Origin: Raillietiella orientalis | Lineage: Eukaryota | Length of the DNA stretch: 64,000 nt | Reading direction: 5' to 3' | NCBI GenBank assembly: GCA_036172245.1 | Contig: JAYWIR010000021.1 | Coordinates: forward strand, 992,001-1,056,000 | In this document: piece by piece, positions 38,421 to 51,000 of the stretch | Layout: every line of letters begins with the position of its first letter | Position numbering within the stretch: position 1 is the stretch's first letter | Program-made: the position numbers and the translations under genes | Notes under the pieces: generated by a model | Told to the model about the DNA's origin: nothing | Databases searched by the model: none | Seen by the model: only the letters and a program-made list of their open reading frames with translations

Positions 38421-38850
38421 CATCCAGCATCAGAGGACGGCAGAAGCGTCCGTGGACCCACCGCCTGAGCCATGGTCCGGATGGCACCAAGCTCAGCTCG
38501 CGGTCCGATTCACGAGAGGAGCAGTCCGCTCGACCGGCGCAAAGACTCCTCGGACGACCACCTGAGCGCTGGAGGCGGCGCATCGGCGCTCGGCTTGCGA
38601 CAAGGAAAGTCCGGAGCCGGGGTCGAGGGACCGGGCTGCAGCCTCGACGGCGATCTCCCTCCCAGATGCTTGCTTGCCTTCTTTGGTGCTACCGCCGCGC
38701 GGGAGTCGGACTGACACAGACGAAGGAGCGGCTGCAACCCGAGCGCCCGGGTTCTTCCTTTGAAGAAACGGGAAGGCGGGACCGAACGAAGGCTGTGGGA
38801 ATGGTGCAAACGCCTTCCCTTTTTTCCCCTCTATTCCGGAACCTTGAGAA
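38421..38850 (+). repeat. 430-bp inverted duplication, copy 1 (reverse complement at 49283-49712)
   Basis: Near-identical; one mismatch noticed near 38835. The same ORF translations appear on opposite strands in the track. Confidence 0.95.
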
Positions 38851-38859
38851 TCCACTTGC

Positions 38860-41450
38860 GCAGTGTGTCCAGTGCTTTGCTCTTTGTGGATTGTGACCAT
38901 GTGGACGACTAGAAGAGGGGGGCTGTCTTCTGATAGCTATTTGATGTGTACATTGATTGTCCTTTGCTTCGTACGCTGGTGGACCGAAGACGATGAGAGA
39001 ACAGGAGGGGTGAAAGCTCTGCTGCGTCTTGTGGATGTGCTCCAGAAGCATGCAAGATGACCACTGCTACCCCCAAAATGCAGGACGTACTAATCTGTTT
39101 TTGATCTATATATCGAAGACCTACGCCCAAAGGTGCTGATGAAGCTCTAAATTAGATTCATCAATGGATTCCAATTAGTTGCTTCAGTAATTTGCTGCCT
39201 CCTTGCGTAAGTTGCCAAAACACTGACGTGAAGTAAGCACGATCTGATTAATTGCATCTTCTTCTACTCCTCAGCATTTATCGTACTCTGTTTAATCCTT
39301 TCATTTCCTCTCATCACAGCACCAGATTCTTGCAACCGCTCTCCTTTCCTGGAGCTCGAGAAGGTTGGGGAAGATTTCCATCCGATGATGAATCTTTCCC
39401 TCGGGCGCGGGAAACAGCGTGCGCCTGGGTTCGTCCGGTGCGCCATTTTTCCGCGAACCGATCGCGGTCTTTTTTCGAATGCATTTTTTTTTTTTTTTTT
39501 GTACCAGCGAGTTCAGTTCTTTTTGAGTATATTCTGTACAGTGCAGTTCTTCAAACTTCCGCGTGAGCACACGGCGCTCGTCAAACGCCCTGGAAATAGA
39601 AAGCCCTTGGCAGTGGTAGATTCCACGCGCCCGCATCCTGGCTTCTGCCACATCTAGAATATTCCATCACAAAGCAGCAGAACCGGCTGTCGCCAACGTT
39701 CTGTCGACAGTTAGCCAGGTTGAGGGCTGGCGCCTCGAGACGCTCTTTGGTGCGGTAGAACGGCGGTGGTGTTTCTTACTGTACTGTTTTCTAGGACCCT
39801 CCTGGAGAGAGCGCCAGGAAATTCTTTAGACGGGTCCAGAAATGGTCGTCCACGTGTCTGTCTAAGAAAGAATGCCTGTCAATCCTGTTCGAGATAGCAA
39901 GGACAAAAAAAAAATGCGGAATCTCTGAGAGGGTCGGGATAAAACTCGGAACTCCAGTGATCAGCGAGAACTGCGTTTGTGAGGTTCGAAGAAGGAAACC
40001 TTCTGTTAACAGCGAGATGGCAAACAAAAGACTTTCGGTTCCGAGGATTCAAGCAGGCGCGACCGAGCGGGCACCTAGCGCTACGAGCGTGCACTATGCC
40101 TTCGGATGCAGTAGGAAGTGAATTCCCAAATGGCCTTCCTGTAGCCAGTTCTCTGCGCAAGAATCAGTTGATTCTGATGACAGCTTCCACTTGTCTCAGC
40201 TGGCTCGAGGCCAAGGTTTAGCATTCGCTACTGCGACAAACGCGCCATTTCCAGTACGCCTTTGCGCTGCCCAGGATGCTCGGTTTCCTCCGAGGGAACC
40301 CAAGGAGCTCCGGGCAGGCACCACAGAGGATTGATGGCCACATCAAATGAGCAGGTACCACAGATCCGGGCAGGTACCACGGCTCGGCCGGCTGCTCCAA
40401 GCAAACCATCGCTGTCGCAAATCATCCACGTTACACGCAGACAAGCCAACGGTGCCTCGAGTGAGAGCACTGCGCTCTTGGCTAACTTCGTTCCAGGGTC
40501 AAACGGTGCAGTGAGCATCCGCAGCGGCCCTGTCGACGGTCAGTTGAACTCTCAGGTTCCGAAAAATGGCTGCACGAAACTATAATCGAGGTGGAGGAGA
40601 ACAGCATGGGAAAGAAATGGAGGGCTGCGCCGAGTGCAAAGGTTCAACTGATTGCCACTTCAGGAGGAGGGGATAAATTCCGCACGGGATGCAAATGCCT
40701 CCTCGAAGGAGCGACGCAAGGGCACGCCGGCCCTGCTGTTCAGCTTGGAAAAGATTCGCGACCCCAAAGCATTTCTCTGCTTTCGATGCTCGGAGGAAAT
40801 GCCGTGAGAGGCGACCTAAATGTTGTTCTTGGAAAGAGAAGATGCGGTCAAGCGAAACGGAGAACCCATTTCTATGAACAAAATCGGATTCTCAAGAGTC
40901 AAGAGCGAGCAAGCATGTTTTTTCGATCTTTCTGCACGTAGAGGTAGAACAGGGATCTACAAGGGTGAGGTGAGGTGAACCTAGATGCCGAAGACAGGGA
41001 CAGCGCCAGCAAAATGCAATGACCACGCGGCTTCCTCATACGGAAATTTTTGTGCAGCAGTGTAAGATAGCCGTCATGGATAGGGAGATGCAACTGTGTT
41101 TGACGTCTCATTCCCAAGAGAACATGTTTTCCGGGTTCTTCGGTTTAGTAAAGCACCAGAGTCCAGTTAGGTGGAGTTTCCGTTGTCAAGGACAGCGTGT
41201 ACTTGCCCCACTTGGCACATTTCCTGGAATTGGAACTGCCCTGCGCGTCTTGCGAATGCAATTGGTGTTCTCCGGTTGCTTGATGAAAGTAGAATGGAAA
41301 CCGAATGCCAACTGTAGAAATCCAGGCTCTTGCCTCCTCTAGGACCTAGCGTGACCTTATCAGCTTTGGTCCTTCTGGGAAGTGAAACCTGACGATCCGA
41401 CGCTTCGTTGTTCCCGTGCGCCTCCAAACAGTTGGACTCTCGTTGTTTTC
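38860..41450 (+). mobile_element. Nearly full-length but decayed R2-like element (ZF, Myb, RT, CCHC, RLE)
   Basis: QCVQCF..GL (ZF), RWWTEDD..VKALLRL (Myb), EHTAL..RKPLAVVD at 39598-39621, ERVGIKL, ASSLRKNQL (SPLKPQQ), KRRCGQAKRRTH (knuckle), PHTEIFVQQCKIAVMD (PDLIFV..AxVVD). Confidence 0.7.
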
Positions 41451-42399
41451 GTGAATCTCCCACAGAGTCTGTTGCCTTCCTGTCTCCGTAAGCGACGGAC
41501 CATTCTCTTGGCATTCTTTCAACGGAGGAGGGATTTGCGAATGGATGTCCCGTGCTAGACTGAAGGGTCTGTCGGCAGCATCCCTACTTTCCGACTCGAG
41601 TGGCGCAATCTTCTCGTTTCGGCATACCTTATCTCTGCCCCTGTCTCCCACTACAGTCGATCCAGAAGCGGCATTGCACACATTCTGAATTCCGAGAAGA
41701 GCGGTTTCCTCTCATCGGCAGCGGCGCAGAAGCTCCTCACGCTACACCGACGCCTTCCTCCTACATCCACAATGCACGCGGGATGCGAGGATTCCTCTTT
41801 TGCTTAACAAACTCTGGATGCTGCTGCGCCCCAGATAGCAGACTCCTCGTCAAGATTTGCAAGCTTGATCTTCTCATCTTAATCTACCGGGTTTGGATTC
41901 ACCTGCTCCCTCCATGCGCGCACTGCCCTTCCCTTCCTTATCATTTATTCACAGCAAGGAGGTTCGCAGAACCTCGATTCGAAACCGTGTATAAGTGTTT
42001 CATCATACCGTGGGATGGTGCTATCCTCACCAACGAATCCCGTTGAGGATTCAACCAAACGCAAGCATCACCGTCGTTACCAAATCACGTGTTATGGATC
42101 GTGACACAGTGCTTCAGAAAAAAAAAAAAAAAAAAAAAAAAAGGGAAGCGGAAGACATGAATAGTAAGAAGACATGCCAAAGCACCGCATAGGAATGACA
42201 AGCTGCCACACGAACATCTTGGTATCATTAACAGGATCTGCACGTGGTTTCCCTCGAAAGGATGCTGTTTCCTTATCATGTGAGGCGGTCGATGATGCTG
42301 CAAATAATTTTAACACACTTTAAAAACTGCAAGTTCGAGCAAAGGACGGTGCGAGGCTATGGTTAACGTGCAGCCGCGGGGTTCCTTCCGGATCCATAT

Positions 42400-45200
42400 G
42401 GACCGCCTATTCTCATCCCGAAAGGATACGAGATCTGGAAACCCAAGTCCCCAGAGTACCAAGCGGAAACTTTTCTGCATCTACGGGTTGATGCCACGCC
42501 CACGAGAGCCGGGATGAATCCGATGAAACTCCATGACTCACCAGTTGACGACCGAGACATCATCAAAGAAAGCTAAATTGGATCAAATATGTCCTTCGCT
42601 GGGTTTTGAAAAGGCTTCTCGAAAGACGAGCGAAAGACGAGTCGGTATGCACGTCTTTTCACTGCGTCGCTGACTACTGTTAATCTCTCAACGTGGAACC
42701 CGTTCAACTAGCAGGATTGCATGGGAGTGCCTCAGGTGAGTTTGCTCGTTCAACACCTGATACCTTCCCGAGTCGATGCGGAGGAAGGCTGGGTTGTTTC
42801 AAAGTGGATGCTGCGACGCCCGGAGGTGGGCTCTCGGCGAACTGGAGAGCGAACCCTGGCACACCGGTGCGCACTGGGAATTCCAAGAAGTGGATCGGAT
42901 TGCGGCCGTGCCGGCAGCCGGCAGTTTTCCTTCCTCCCATTCCGAGTTCAAGAGGAGGCGAATCCCGTTCGGCACGGAGGCTGCATCGAACTTCGACAGA
43001 TGCGGAAAACTTCCAATTTGTTTCGCTTCCTGCGCTCCGTCTGAGCGCTTCCCTCCGTGACACCGGGTCCTGAGGCTGTCGACTCCTTTCAATTACACTT
43101 TCCCTGACTACGCGCGCTGATCTGCACGCGGATTAGCAAGTGCAGCATCAGTTGGCATCGGATCGTGCGATTTCGATCTCTCCCACCACCTCCACCTGGA
43201 TGTTGTCCAGTGAAAACAAAAAGGTGAAGCGGAAAGCTTCTCTTCGCTCTACTCGAAAATTCGCCGCCTTTTAACTTTGAAGGCTTGTCTTTGAACCTGG
43301 CATGGTGAGAGACGCAACCCAGGGCAACGCTCTGGATCCTCCGCGGCGCATGTCAACGATAAAGTGGGAATTTTAACGAAACTGGGTTTGATAAAGTAAC
43401 GGGGTGGGCACCGAGGGGAACGACCCGGAGGTTAAGGTGGACCAATGGCTATTGAATCGTCATCTAAAGGCACGACGTCAAGGACTTCCTGCGCTTTTGG
43501 TTTCTGGAGGAGCCCGGCGAAGTATTTGGCTACCTGATGGTCTGATGGGAGCCGGCTGATTTTTTTTTTGGCAACAGTTCTCCCACAATATGATGGATGT
43601 TGCGTGAGAGGGTGGTGCGAGATGTCGGCATCTTGGTTGCATTTGGTCGCCAGTGGGTAGCCACTGGCAAGTTTGCACGGAAAACCAACGACGCTCAAAG
43701 CCTCCGGTCTCAAGGAAGCAAGGATGCTTGCGCGCTGGCGTTTGTGGGATGCTGGACCGACGGTCTCAGCAGGAGGAGGGGAGGAGCAACTTTCAGAGGT
43801 GTGGGCCGAGCTTCCGCATCGTTCAATGAAGCGAGAGGCGAGGCATGGCGATCCCCGACCTCGGAACCTCCACATTCGGAAGAGGCCATGAGTGGTGTTG
43901 GGTGGGTCTCCAGGCACTTCCTTACCAGCAGAGAATATCCCTTTCTTGTAAACAACAGCTTCGTGCACTCCTCAAGCCGCAATTTTCTGACCGTCCGAAC
44001 ACGAGCTAGGAAACCGTCGATCTTGCCGTCAGTGTCCGAGATGAGACCAAAGCTGCTGCCGCATATCCTGAACCTCTACTGTTCCAAGTTGCGGACTGGT
44101 AGCGAGGCTTGACAGTCGCATCACGGTATCGATTCAAGGAGATCCCTGTGAGCAGCCAAGGGGCATGCAGCCACTGTTGCTTCGTGTCCTCGGACTGAAA
44201 AAAGTGAACCGCGTTATAATGCCGGGCGCATCGGAAAGCCCAACGCCCACGCCCGAGGAGGCGAGGTCGAAAACAAAAACGGAATAAGGGAGCCTCGTGC
44301 TCTCTTTTTCGCTCTCGAGACCTCGAGCTTCAGTGCGGGCGGCCACCATCGGGACCTTAGGAACCAGGAGCGGCGACGCCCGGCAACTCTCCTCTCGGTG
44401 CTCCCCTCTTCGCCTCCCGGAGAGCATTCAGGAAGTCCTACTCAGGAACCACAAGTAGGCGAAACAGCGCAAGACGAGGAAAAACCAAGCAACCCCGAAT
44501 CTTTCAAATCGGTTGCTCTAGACACGTGACAAGCAGCCGCGTGGTGCACAGGCCACAGGTTTCACCTTTCCTGGTTCATGCGACGTGGCAATGCTTCGCC
44601 CAGAGCAGCGCAGAAAAGAGACTCATAAGAAGAGTCCCACGTAAAATGCAAGAAACTCTGGAGAATCCAAGACGGAAAGCATCACAGAGGACAAGACCAC
44701 ACCTCCGATGGTGGTGGTGCGTCGGCCACCACCATCGGAGTGGTGGACCTGATTTTCGATGGATCTCCGCGTGAATATAGAGTACATGCCGACGCAAGGT
44801 TGCGGGATGCAAATCACGCGGTAAGCGTCCTGGGCTCGCCCATGGTCCACGTCCCATTCCACCGGGAAAGTTTCCTTCGGATCCACTCCAAGGGGAGCAG
44901 GGATAGCGAAACGTTCTTGGATTGTCCTCTTGACTCATCTTTCCAGCAGTCAGGGAAGATTTCTCGGAAAAAAGGTCTTTTGCTCGTTCGGGGGCACGTG
45001 AGGGCACATGATGAGGACGGGGGCCAGTTTTTGATAGCGCAGGGTGATCACTCAAAGATCTCGTGGACCGGGCAATCCAGAGGCAATCGACAGCCGGAAA
45101 CGAGCGAAGATCCCTCCTCCTGTGCATCGTGGAAGTTTGATCTTTGGTGAGAAAGGGCTACGAGAAGCGCCTTCTTGAAGATGTGCTTTAAACAAGGCGC
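42400..45200 (+). mobile_element. Decayed R2-like element (RT to RLE)
   Basis: SANWRA (NWRPI), HGGCIE (DGCxE), VRDATQGNALDP at 43305-43340 (RGVKQGDPLSP), CRHLGC at 43623-43640 (YRYLG), LKASGLK, DFRWISA, GSLIFGEKG (RLE tail). Confidence 0.65.
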
Positions 45201-45849
45201 TGAAAGAGAGTCAGCCTTGCACTTCCATGTGAAATATTTCTGATTCGATAGGCATTGCTCCCGAGTAGGAAGCAGATGCCTTCCTCAGCTGAAAAACATC
45301 GTCTAGAGAATTCTTCTCCAGTCATCGGAGCGGTCACCATGGAACTGGCAGCCATGATGGAATTCAGTCATTTCCGGTTTCTTCCATCCTTACAATTCAT
45401 CATTCTCAATCGACTGTCCGTTTATTCACTTCGAAGAAAGGGTAAAGCAGGAGATCGAGAGACTGCTGTCCTTGCTTCTCCTGTAGAGGATCCTTCGCAA
45501 AGTAAAAGAACGAAGCAAACAAACAGAAATCAGCGCTTCTTCTTTGAAGCCAATGGCTTTAGTTGCGCGAAGGACAGGCAACAGGTCGGACATCTCGCAA
45601 GATCCACTGAGGCGCTACCTCACAATTACCAGCCTCCTTCCCTCAAGGGATTTTAAGAGAACAGCGCTGTACCCTACTTGAACACATGTCTTCCCAGACC
45701 TGAGAAAAATCGTTCCCTTGGTAAGTTCCCTGTGGTGAGGTTTCACACTGAGCACTACGCCAACATCAGTGACTGCCAGGTCGAGGCGCATCCCAGCTCA
45801 GAAACCCAGATGCTTCCTATACGCGAATCATGGCTCTCTGAGAAAATGC

Positions 45850-46700
45850 TCTCAGTAGTCAGCATGGCTTGCTTCTCTCTACCTGCTTGTTCCCCGGAAA
45901 ATTCCCCAGCCACCTGACCACCCAGTTCGCAGCCTCGCCGGCAGTTGCCCGTCCTGCCCGGCGACCCACGGCGTACGGCCAGAGCATGCTTCCGCTCTGC
46001 TCCACGTGGCCGCGTACCTCTTCGTCTTCTTCTTGGCGGCTGTCCGCCGTTGCGCTGTCAGTCGCGACTTCTGCCAGCGACCACGTCTGCGCTCTTCGGA
46101 TCACTGAGCCACCAGCAGGGAGTGCTCTCGAGGGAACCGGTGCTCCTGGGCGGATGTAAAGTAGGACATCCTTTCGCGTCTTCCGGTACCGCTGCTGAGC
46201 TCCCTCCCACAAGAGTAGGCTGAGTAGGGCAGGCGGCCCCACTTTCGTTCTCGAGAGCCGGGTCCGGACAAAGTGTCGAGTCGTTTCCCGGGTGGGATTG
46301 TCTGGCAAAGAGCATCGGTTCCTTTGCTCTTGGTGGCTCAGGTTGAGCGAATGGTCGTGTCTGTTGGTGCTGAGGTCGGGGTTGCGCGTGCGGAGGTTAA
46401 GGACAAGTGTGTCAAGGTCTCATCTTATATCAAGCACGTCCTACACACTCCGTACCCAGGAATTTGTCCCACCTACCAGCTAGCAAACGAATCTCAAGAA
46501 CGGTCTCAAACAGCAGTCCCGTCTGATTTGCTGGTGACCAGTGCCGTCATCTACCTGCTTTCTTATCTGCAGTGCAAGAGTGCAAGAGTTGATGGCTGCT
46601 CGGATTGCCTTCTCTATCTTTGCTTTCAGGGGGTTCCAGTTGCAGGCGAAGGCAACTAATGGTCAAAGATGCCCAGATGGAGGCTTAAACCTATATCTGC
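45850..46700 (-). mobile_element. Decayed 3' portion of an RLE element (possibly R4-like)
   Basis: VCRTCLI*DETLTHL at 46404-46445 (CCHC), then frameshifted NRHDHSLNL (RHD motif) and LLLWE. Confidence 0.6.
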
Positions 46701-47859
46701 ACTTCTGACCTTTCCACGGAAACGTCAGTTCCCTCCTTGTTGACCGCCTATGTGAAACTCTGGAGCGCTCAGCGTTCCCTCAAAAATTCCGTTCGCGGGT
46801 GTTTCAGTGGATCCTCTCACGAGAACCGCTTCTTACGAACGACCTGATGAAAACAGTTCCTTTGTGGCTTTCATCCTCTTTCCTCTAGGAGGAGGAAGGA
46901 TGAGGCCTTCCTCGGGCCTTTTTTGAGCGTGTCACCCCTTCGAGAAGGCGCGCAACCGACGTCTTCGAAAGACCGTGGCGTAGAATTCCGTTAGCGGTTG
47001 CTCATTCCCTGCGCCGACTCACTTCCCGTCCACCCCCACCTCAGTTCTTTCGGCAACAAAACGGTCCCTTGTGTTCTTTCCCCCTTTCTCCTCCCCGGCG
47101 TGTTTCTTGTCATCACGCCCGAGTAACCGAAGCTGCGGTGCGTGGCACGGCTTTCGCCCACGGCTATCCAGAGCTACTGGTGCACGTGTCGCCTTTCTCC
47201 AGAACTTGTCTGAAACCGGCAAGGCCTGAAAAAGGGAACATTCGGTCCTTCCTACGGTCCAAGGGGAGACGGGTTAGGTGGGAAAGGTCTGCCAGGGGGT
47301 CCCAGGCGGCCGCGGACGGTCTCTCCTCTTCGTAGCCAATCGGCTGCCAGATGCTCCCCCCTCATAAACGGCGGGTCTTCCACGTGCGAGGACCGGTGAA
47401 AAGCGCCCGTTGGCGCCGAGAGCTTCGTAGAAACGAATTCCCTTGTAACGAGATCTGCGAGATACGGTTACTATGGGCGCGATCGGTCAGGGGCTTTCGT
47501 GGTGTTGAGTTCCGGTGAGTTCTCCCTAGTAACCGGATTCCCTGTACCTGGGACTGCGCGGTCACCTAAATTCGACCTGTGTCAAACCATCGCGGCATTT
47601 TGATAGGATTGGCAACGTCGATCCGATTGGTGCCGTTAACGAGCGAAGCGTCCAAGGAAGATTTTGACTGCACAGTTCCGTGGGTGAGAAACGAAAAAAA
47701 CCGCGTGGTGCTAAAATTACGCCTTCCATTTTAGACGTCGGCCTTGTTGAATTGGGAGCTCTCAAGGAACACGAAGATTTAATTAATCTCAACTGATACC
47801 GGGAAAAAAAAAAAAAATCAATCAGCACCAAATCCGATTTTCTAATTAGGCCGCAGTCG

Positions 47860-49200
47860 TTGGGATGCGTTTTCGTGATGTCTGCGTCTCGCCCAGCAAC
47901 CGCATGCTGCGCGCGCGCGCGTGAACAACGTGCGGGTTGCCTCCCATCCGGCCCACCTCCTTCCCGCATCTGGAGTGGCCATCGGGAAACAAAGCCTCCC
48001 GGCGAGAGCGAGAGAATACGGGAAGTTGATTCGTGGTCCATGGGAAGTGGAAGCAAGCGAGGGTACCTGGGAACAAAGAAAGCACGCCCGTGCCCTGTTC
48101 CCGTTTGCTCGGAGATTTATGAGAGCGCGTTTCCGGCTGATTGTCAAGAATTTCCCTTAGTCCTTCCTTCAAGAGATCCACAGGGAGAGCGGGAATCGAA
48201 TAGAGGGAAAATTCGGGCGCTGGAGCAAAACGTGCTGGGGTTTCGTGCACGTGCGCGCCTGTGTCGAGGGAGGGAAACTCTGCGCCCGTCGCCACAAACG
48301 GGAACGAATTCTTCCCTACCAAGTCGAGATGACTTCGCCGCAGGCTCCCTCATCGATTCGCCTCAGCTGCCCGCGCGGGCAGCACTCCCAGAAGGGAGGT
48401 GCAGATCGTGCGCGCGCAAGGTGCGCAGTGCGCGGGGAGACGTTGCCGCAGCAGCATCGCGTGCGCCTTGGCGGTCTCGCAGAGAGGAGGCGCAGCGATC
48501 CAGCTCGAGAGGTCACGCAGCAGGGGCGGCGGGAACTGGCGTGCCGCCTGAGGCCAGCCAATCCCGGAAGTGGGCCCCCCGCTCTGGCACTTCCAAAAAA
48601 GAATCGCGTCGCCATCTTTCGCGCTGCTCGCTCGTGCCGTCGAAAGGTCAGCGGAGGGGCCACGGCAAAGCAAGGGGGACGGATATGGTGGAGTTGTCCT
48701 TCCTCTCTTCCTCTCAGGAGGCGCAGCTGTCGTTCCCGGACGTCAGCGGTGGGATCATGGGATCCCAAGGATGGTCCAGACACCTCGCACGTATGCGAGC
48801 TGCACGAGACGCGCGATTGGTACGTTCTGACACACACCATAGCCGAGCGTACGTTGTACGTACCGTCCGGACCCGGACAGCGCGGCCGGACAAAGCAGTC
48901 GGACGAAACCCGCAACAGCGAGCAGGCAGCAGGCGCTGCAACAAGCAGATCTCTCGGAGACCGCGGCACTTTTTTCAAGAGCCCGCACTCCTGGAAGAGG
49001 AGTGTGAGGGAGGTACTTCCAGGGATCCCTTTGGAACGTGAGGAATTACCAGATGCATTTCACTCCTCCCCTCACTCACACAAATCCTTTCTTCTGCACG
49101 TGTCTGCATTCATCGTGGGGCTTCGGGCACGACGACCCAGAGATGCCATCGAGAGGGTCGGCGGTGGCTCCAGAGTGGACAGCATGTGTCTGAGCTGCAT
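47860..49200 (+). mobile_element. N-terminal multi-zinc-finger region of a decayed RLE element
   Basis: ORF 47860..49041 contains CPVPVCSEIYES, RCRSCARKVRSARG (CxxCxRxFxSxRG-like) and FPDV...WSRHLARM. Confidence 0.5.
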
Positions 49201-49282
49201 CCATGGTTCCGTTGGGCTCCACCGTCAAACGGTCACTCTCTCATCCCGAATCGCAGGACCATCTTCTAAAAATAAATACAAC

Positions 49283-50230
49283 TTCTCAAGGTTCCGGCAT
49301 AGAGGGGAAAAAAGGGAAGGCGTTTGCACCATTCCCACAGCCTTCGTTCGGTCCCGCCTTCCCGTTTCTTCAAAGGAAGAACCCGGGCGCTCGGGTTGCA
49401 GCCGCTCCTTCGTCTGTGTCAGTCCGACTCCCGCGCGGCGGTAGCACCAAAGAAGGCAAGCAAGCATCTGGGAGGGAGATCGCCGTCGAGGCTGCAGCCC
49501 GGTCCCTCGACCCCGGCTCCGGACTTTCCTTGTCGCAAGCCGAGCGCCGATGCGCCGCCTCCAGCGCTCAGGTGGTCGTCCGAGGAGTCTTTGCGCCGGT
49601 CGAGCGGACTGCTCCTCTCGTGAATCGGACCGCGAGCTGAGCTTGGTGCCATCCGGACCATGGCTCAGGCGGTGGGTCCACGGACGCTTCTGCCGTCCTC
49701 TGATGCTGGATGACACTATGAATTCTTTTTTAGGGTGGCTGAGATAGGGTCGCGGGATTTCCGGATCTTGGAGTGTTTGATCGTTGGCCGGATCTCGCGA
49801 TTTTAGTGATCCCACGAGGATTACGTTCACTGAGGTTGTGATCCCCTTGGAGGACATCTGGAAAGAGATATGATGACATTTACTCTCCTTGTTCTCCTGA
49901 GCCAGTCTGAACGCTTCTGAGATGTTCTCGAAAGGACATCCCGCGTCCAGAATTATGGCACAATCTCTTCTTCGTAATAGGAGATCGGGGCGTTGTTGAG
50001 AGTCGACGTCTGGCATTTTCTGTCCTCGGGAGACGACTTCCCTTCTTCCGTGTGCTTTCTTTACGATGCAGTTGACAATCTCATCGTGCCGTTGTATGAA
50101 CAGACGAGAAGGCCTCTGGCAGCGGCTTGGAGCAAGATGCCCCTCCGCGTCTCGTCCAATGCCTGTCTTCTGGCCAGCAAGTTTGCTCCAGCCGCATGCA
50201 TCAGCTTCTAATCGGAAGATCGTAGGTTGC
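49283..50230 (-). mobile_element. Utopia/NeSL-like restriction-like endonuclease domain and downstream sequence (best preserved RLE in the window)
   Basis: ORF 49225..50256: IQRHDEIV...QRPDLLL...AIILDAGCPFEN...AFRLAQENKESKC...ILVGSLKSRDPAND...SSIRG. This matches the RHD / RPD..D..PFEN / K..KY / VGSLGSWDPxND pattern of Utopia/NeSL-clade elements. Confidence 0.85.
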
Positions 50231-50244
50231 CTCCGGAAGATTTT

Positions 50245-50520
50245 CCTTCCGGTCACTCCGGGGCGTTATTTCAAAAATAAACAGGTTGGAAATGCAGCTC
50301 CCAAAACAAAAACAAGAAGACGAAAAAAAATTCGAAAGGAGGGTTCACCGACAAGCAGGTCGGTTACTGGAGCAGTCCGGAGAGGAAGGGAAAGGGATAA
50401 TAACCAAATAGGTACAGGGAGAGTGAAGACAGCGGTCTTTGGTTGTAACCTCTCCTTTCTGCTCGGTACGGGCGCAGAATGCCGGCAATCTTCGACTTGA
50501 TTTTTTCCAGATGAGGTCAT
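50245..50520 (-). mobile_element. 3' UTR fragment of the hairpin-terminated family
   Basis: Starts ATCCCTTTCCC, has a T-rich body, and ends AATAAC-GCCCCGGAGTGACCGG (50249-50270). Confidence 0.55.
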
Positions 50521-50639
50521 CTAGCAGCCGTCCTCATGTAGGCGACTGCTCCCTTTGCTGCATCCCAGAATCCAGCACAGCGGGCTGTGACAAAGACGAT
50601 GTAGCAAATCATTAACCACAGAGCCTGCCGAAAGTCAAC

Positions 50640-51000
50640 CATGAGAGAAAAATCTCCAAAGCAAGTCTATGGCAATGTCCTCCGGGTGCAGGAGCTCTGC
50701 ACATGGCCCCCGACAAAGTTCCCGGAAGGCACAGCAGTCCAGCTTCAGGTGAAGGAACGATTCAATTGCCCGCACCTTAGACAGCGTAGGGGCGCCACTC
50801 CCCGGAAGCCAGGTGCCTACGCTGCTTCCCACTGGGAACCCCAGCGCAGAACCGGCTCCTGTTTCCAGCTCAAGGGGAACACAGAAGTGTTCATTCACAT
50901 AGGAGGGACCACCAGAGGGTATACTAAGCAGGTCGTCCCACCGAAGCAGTGCCTTCTCCCGGAAACGAGGAGTGGCAGCGCGTTCACCAACTCACTCGGC
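50640..51000 (+). mobile_element. Linker-region fragment of an RLE element
   Basis: DNA-level similarity to the reverse complement of 18250-18500 (e.g. ACTCCCC..AA.CCAGG.GCCT.CGC). Confidence 0.5.

Noticed and set aside
43432..43449. TTAAGGTGGACCAATGGC, resembling the 28S R2 site TTAAGGTAGCCAAATGCC
   Set aside because: Several mismatches, no surrounding rDNA, and located within the RT region; likely chance.
38421..49712. Large DNA transposon or Polinton bounded by 430-bp TIRs
   Set aside because: The repeat derives from an RLE element C-terminus; no TSD outside it and no transposase, integrase or polymerase inside.
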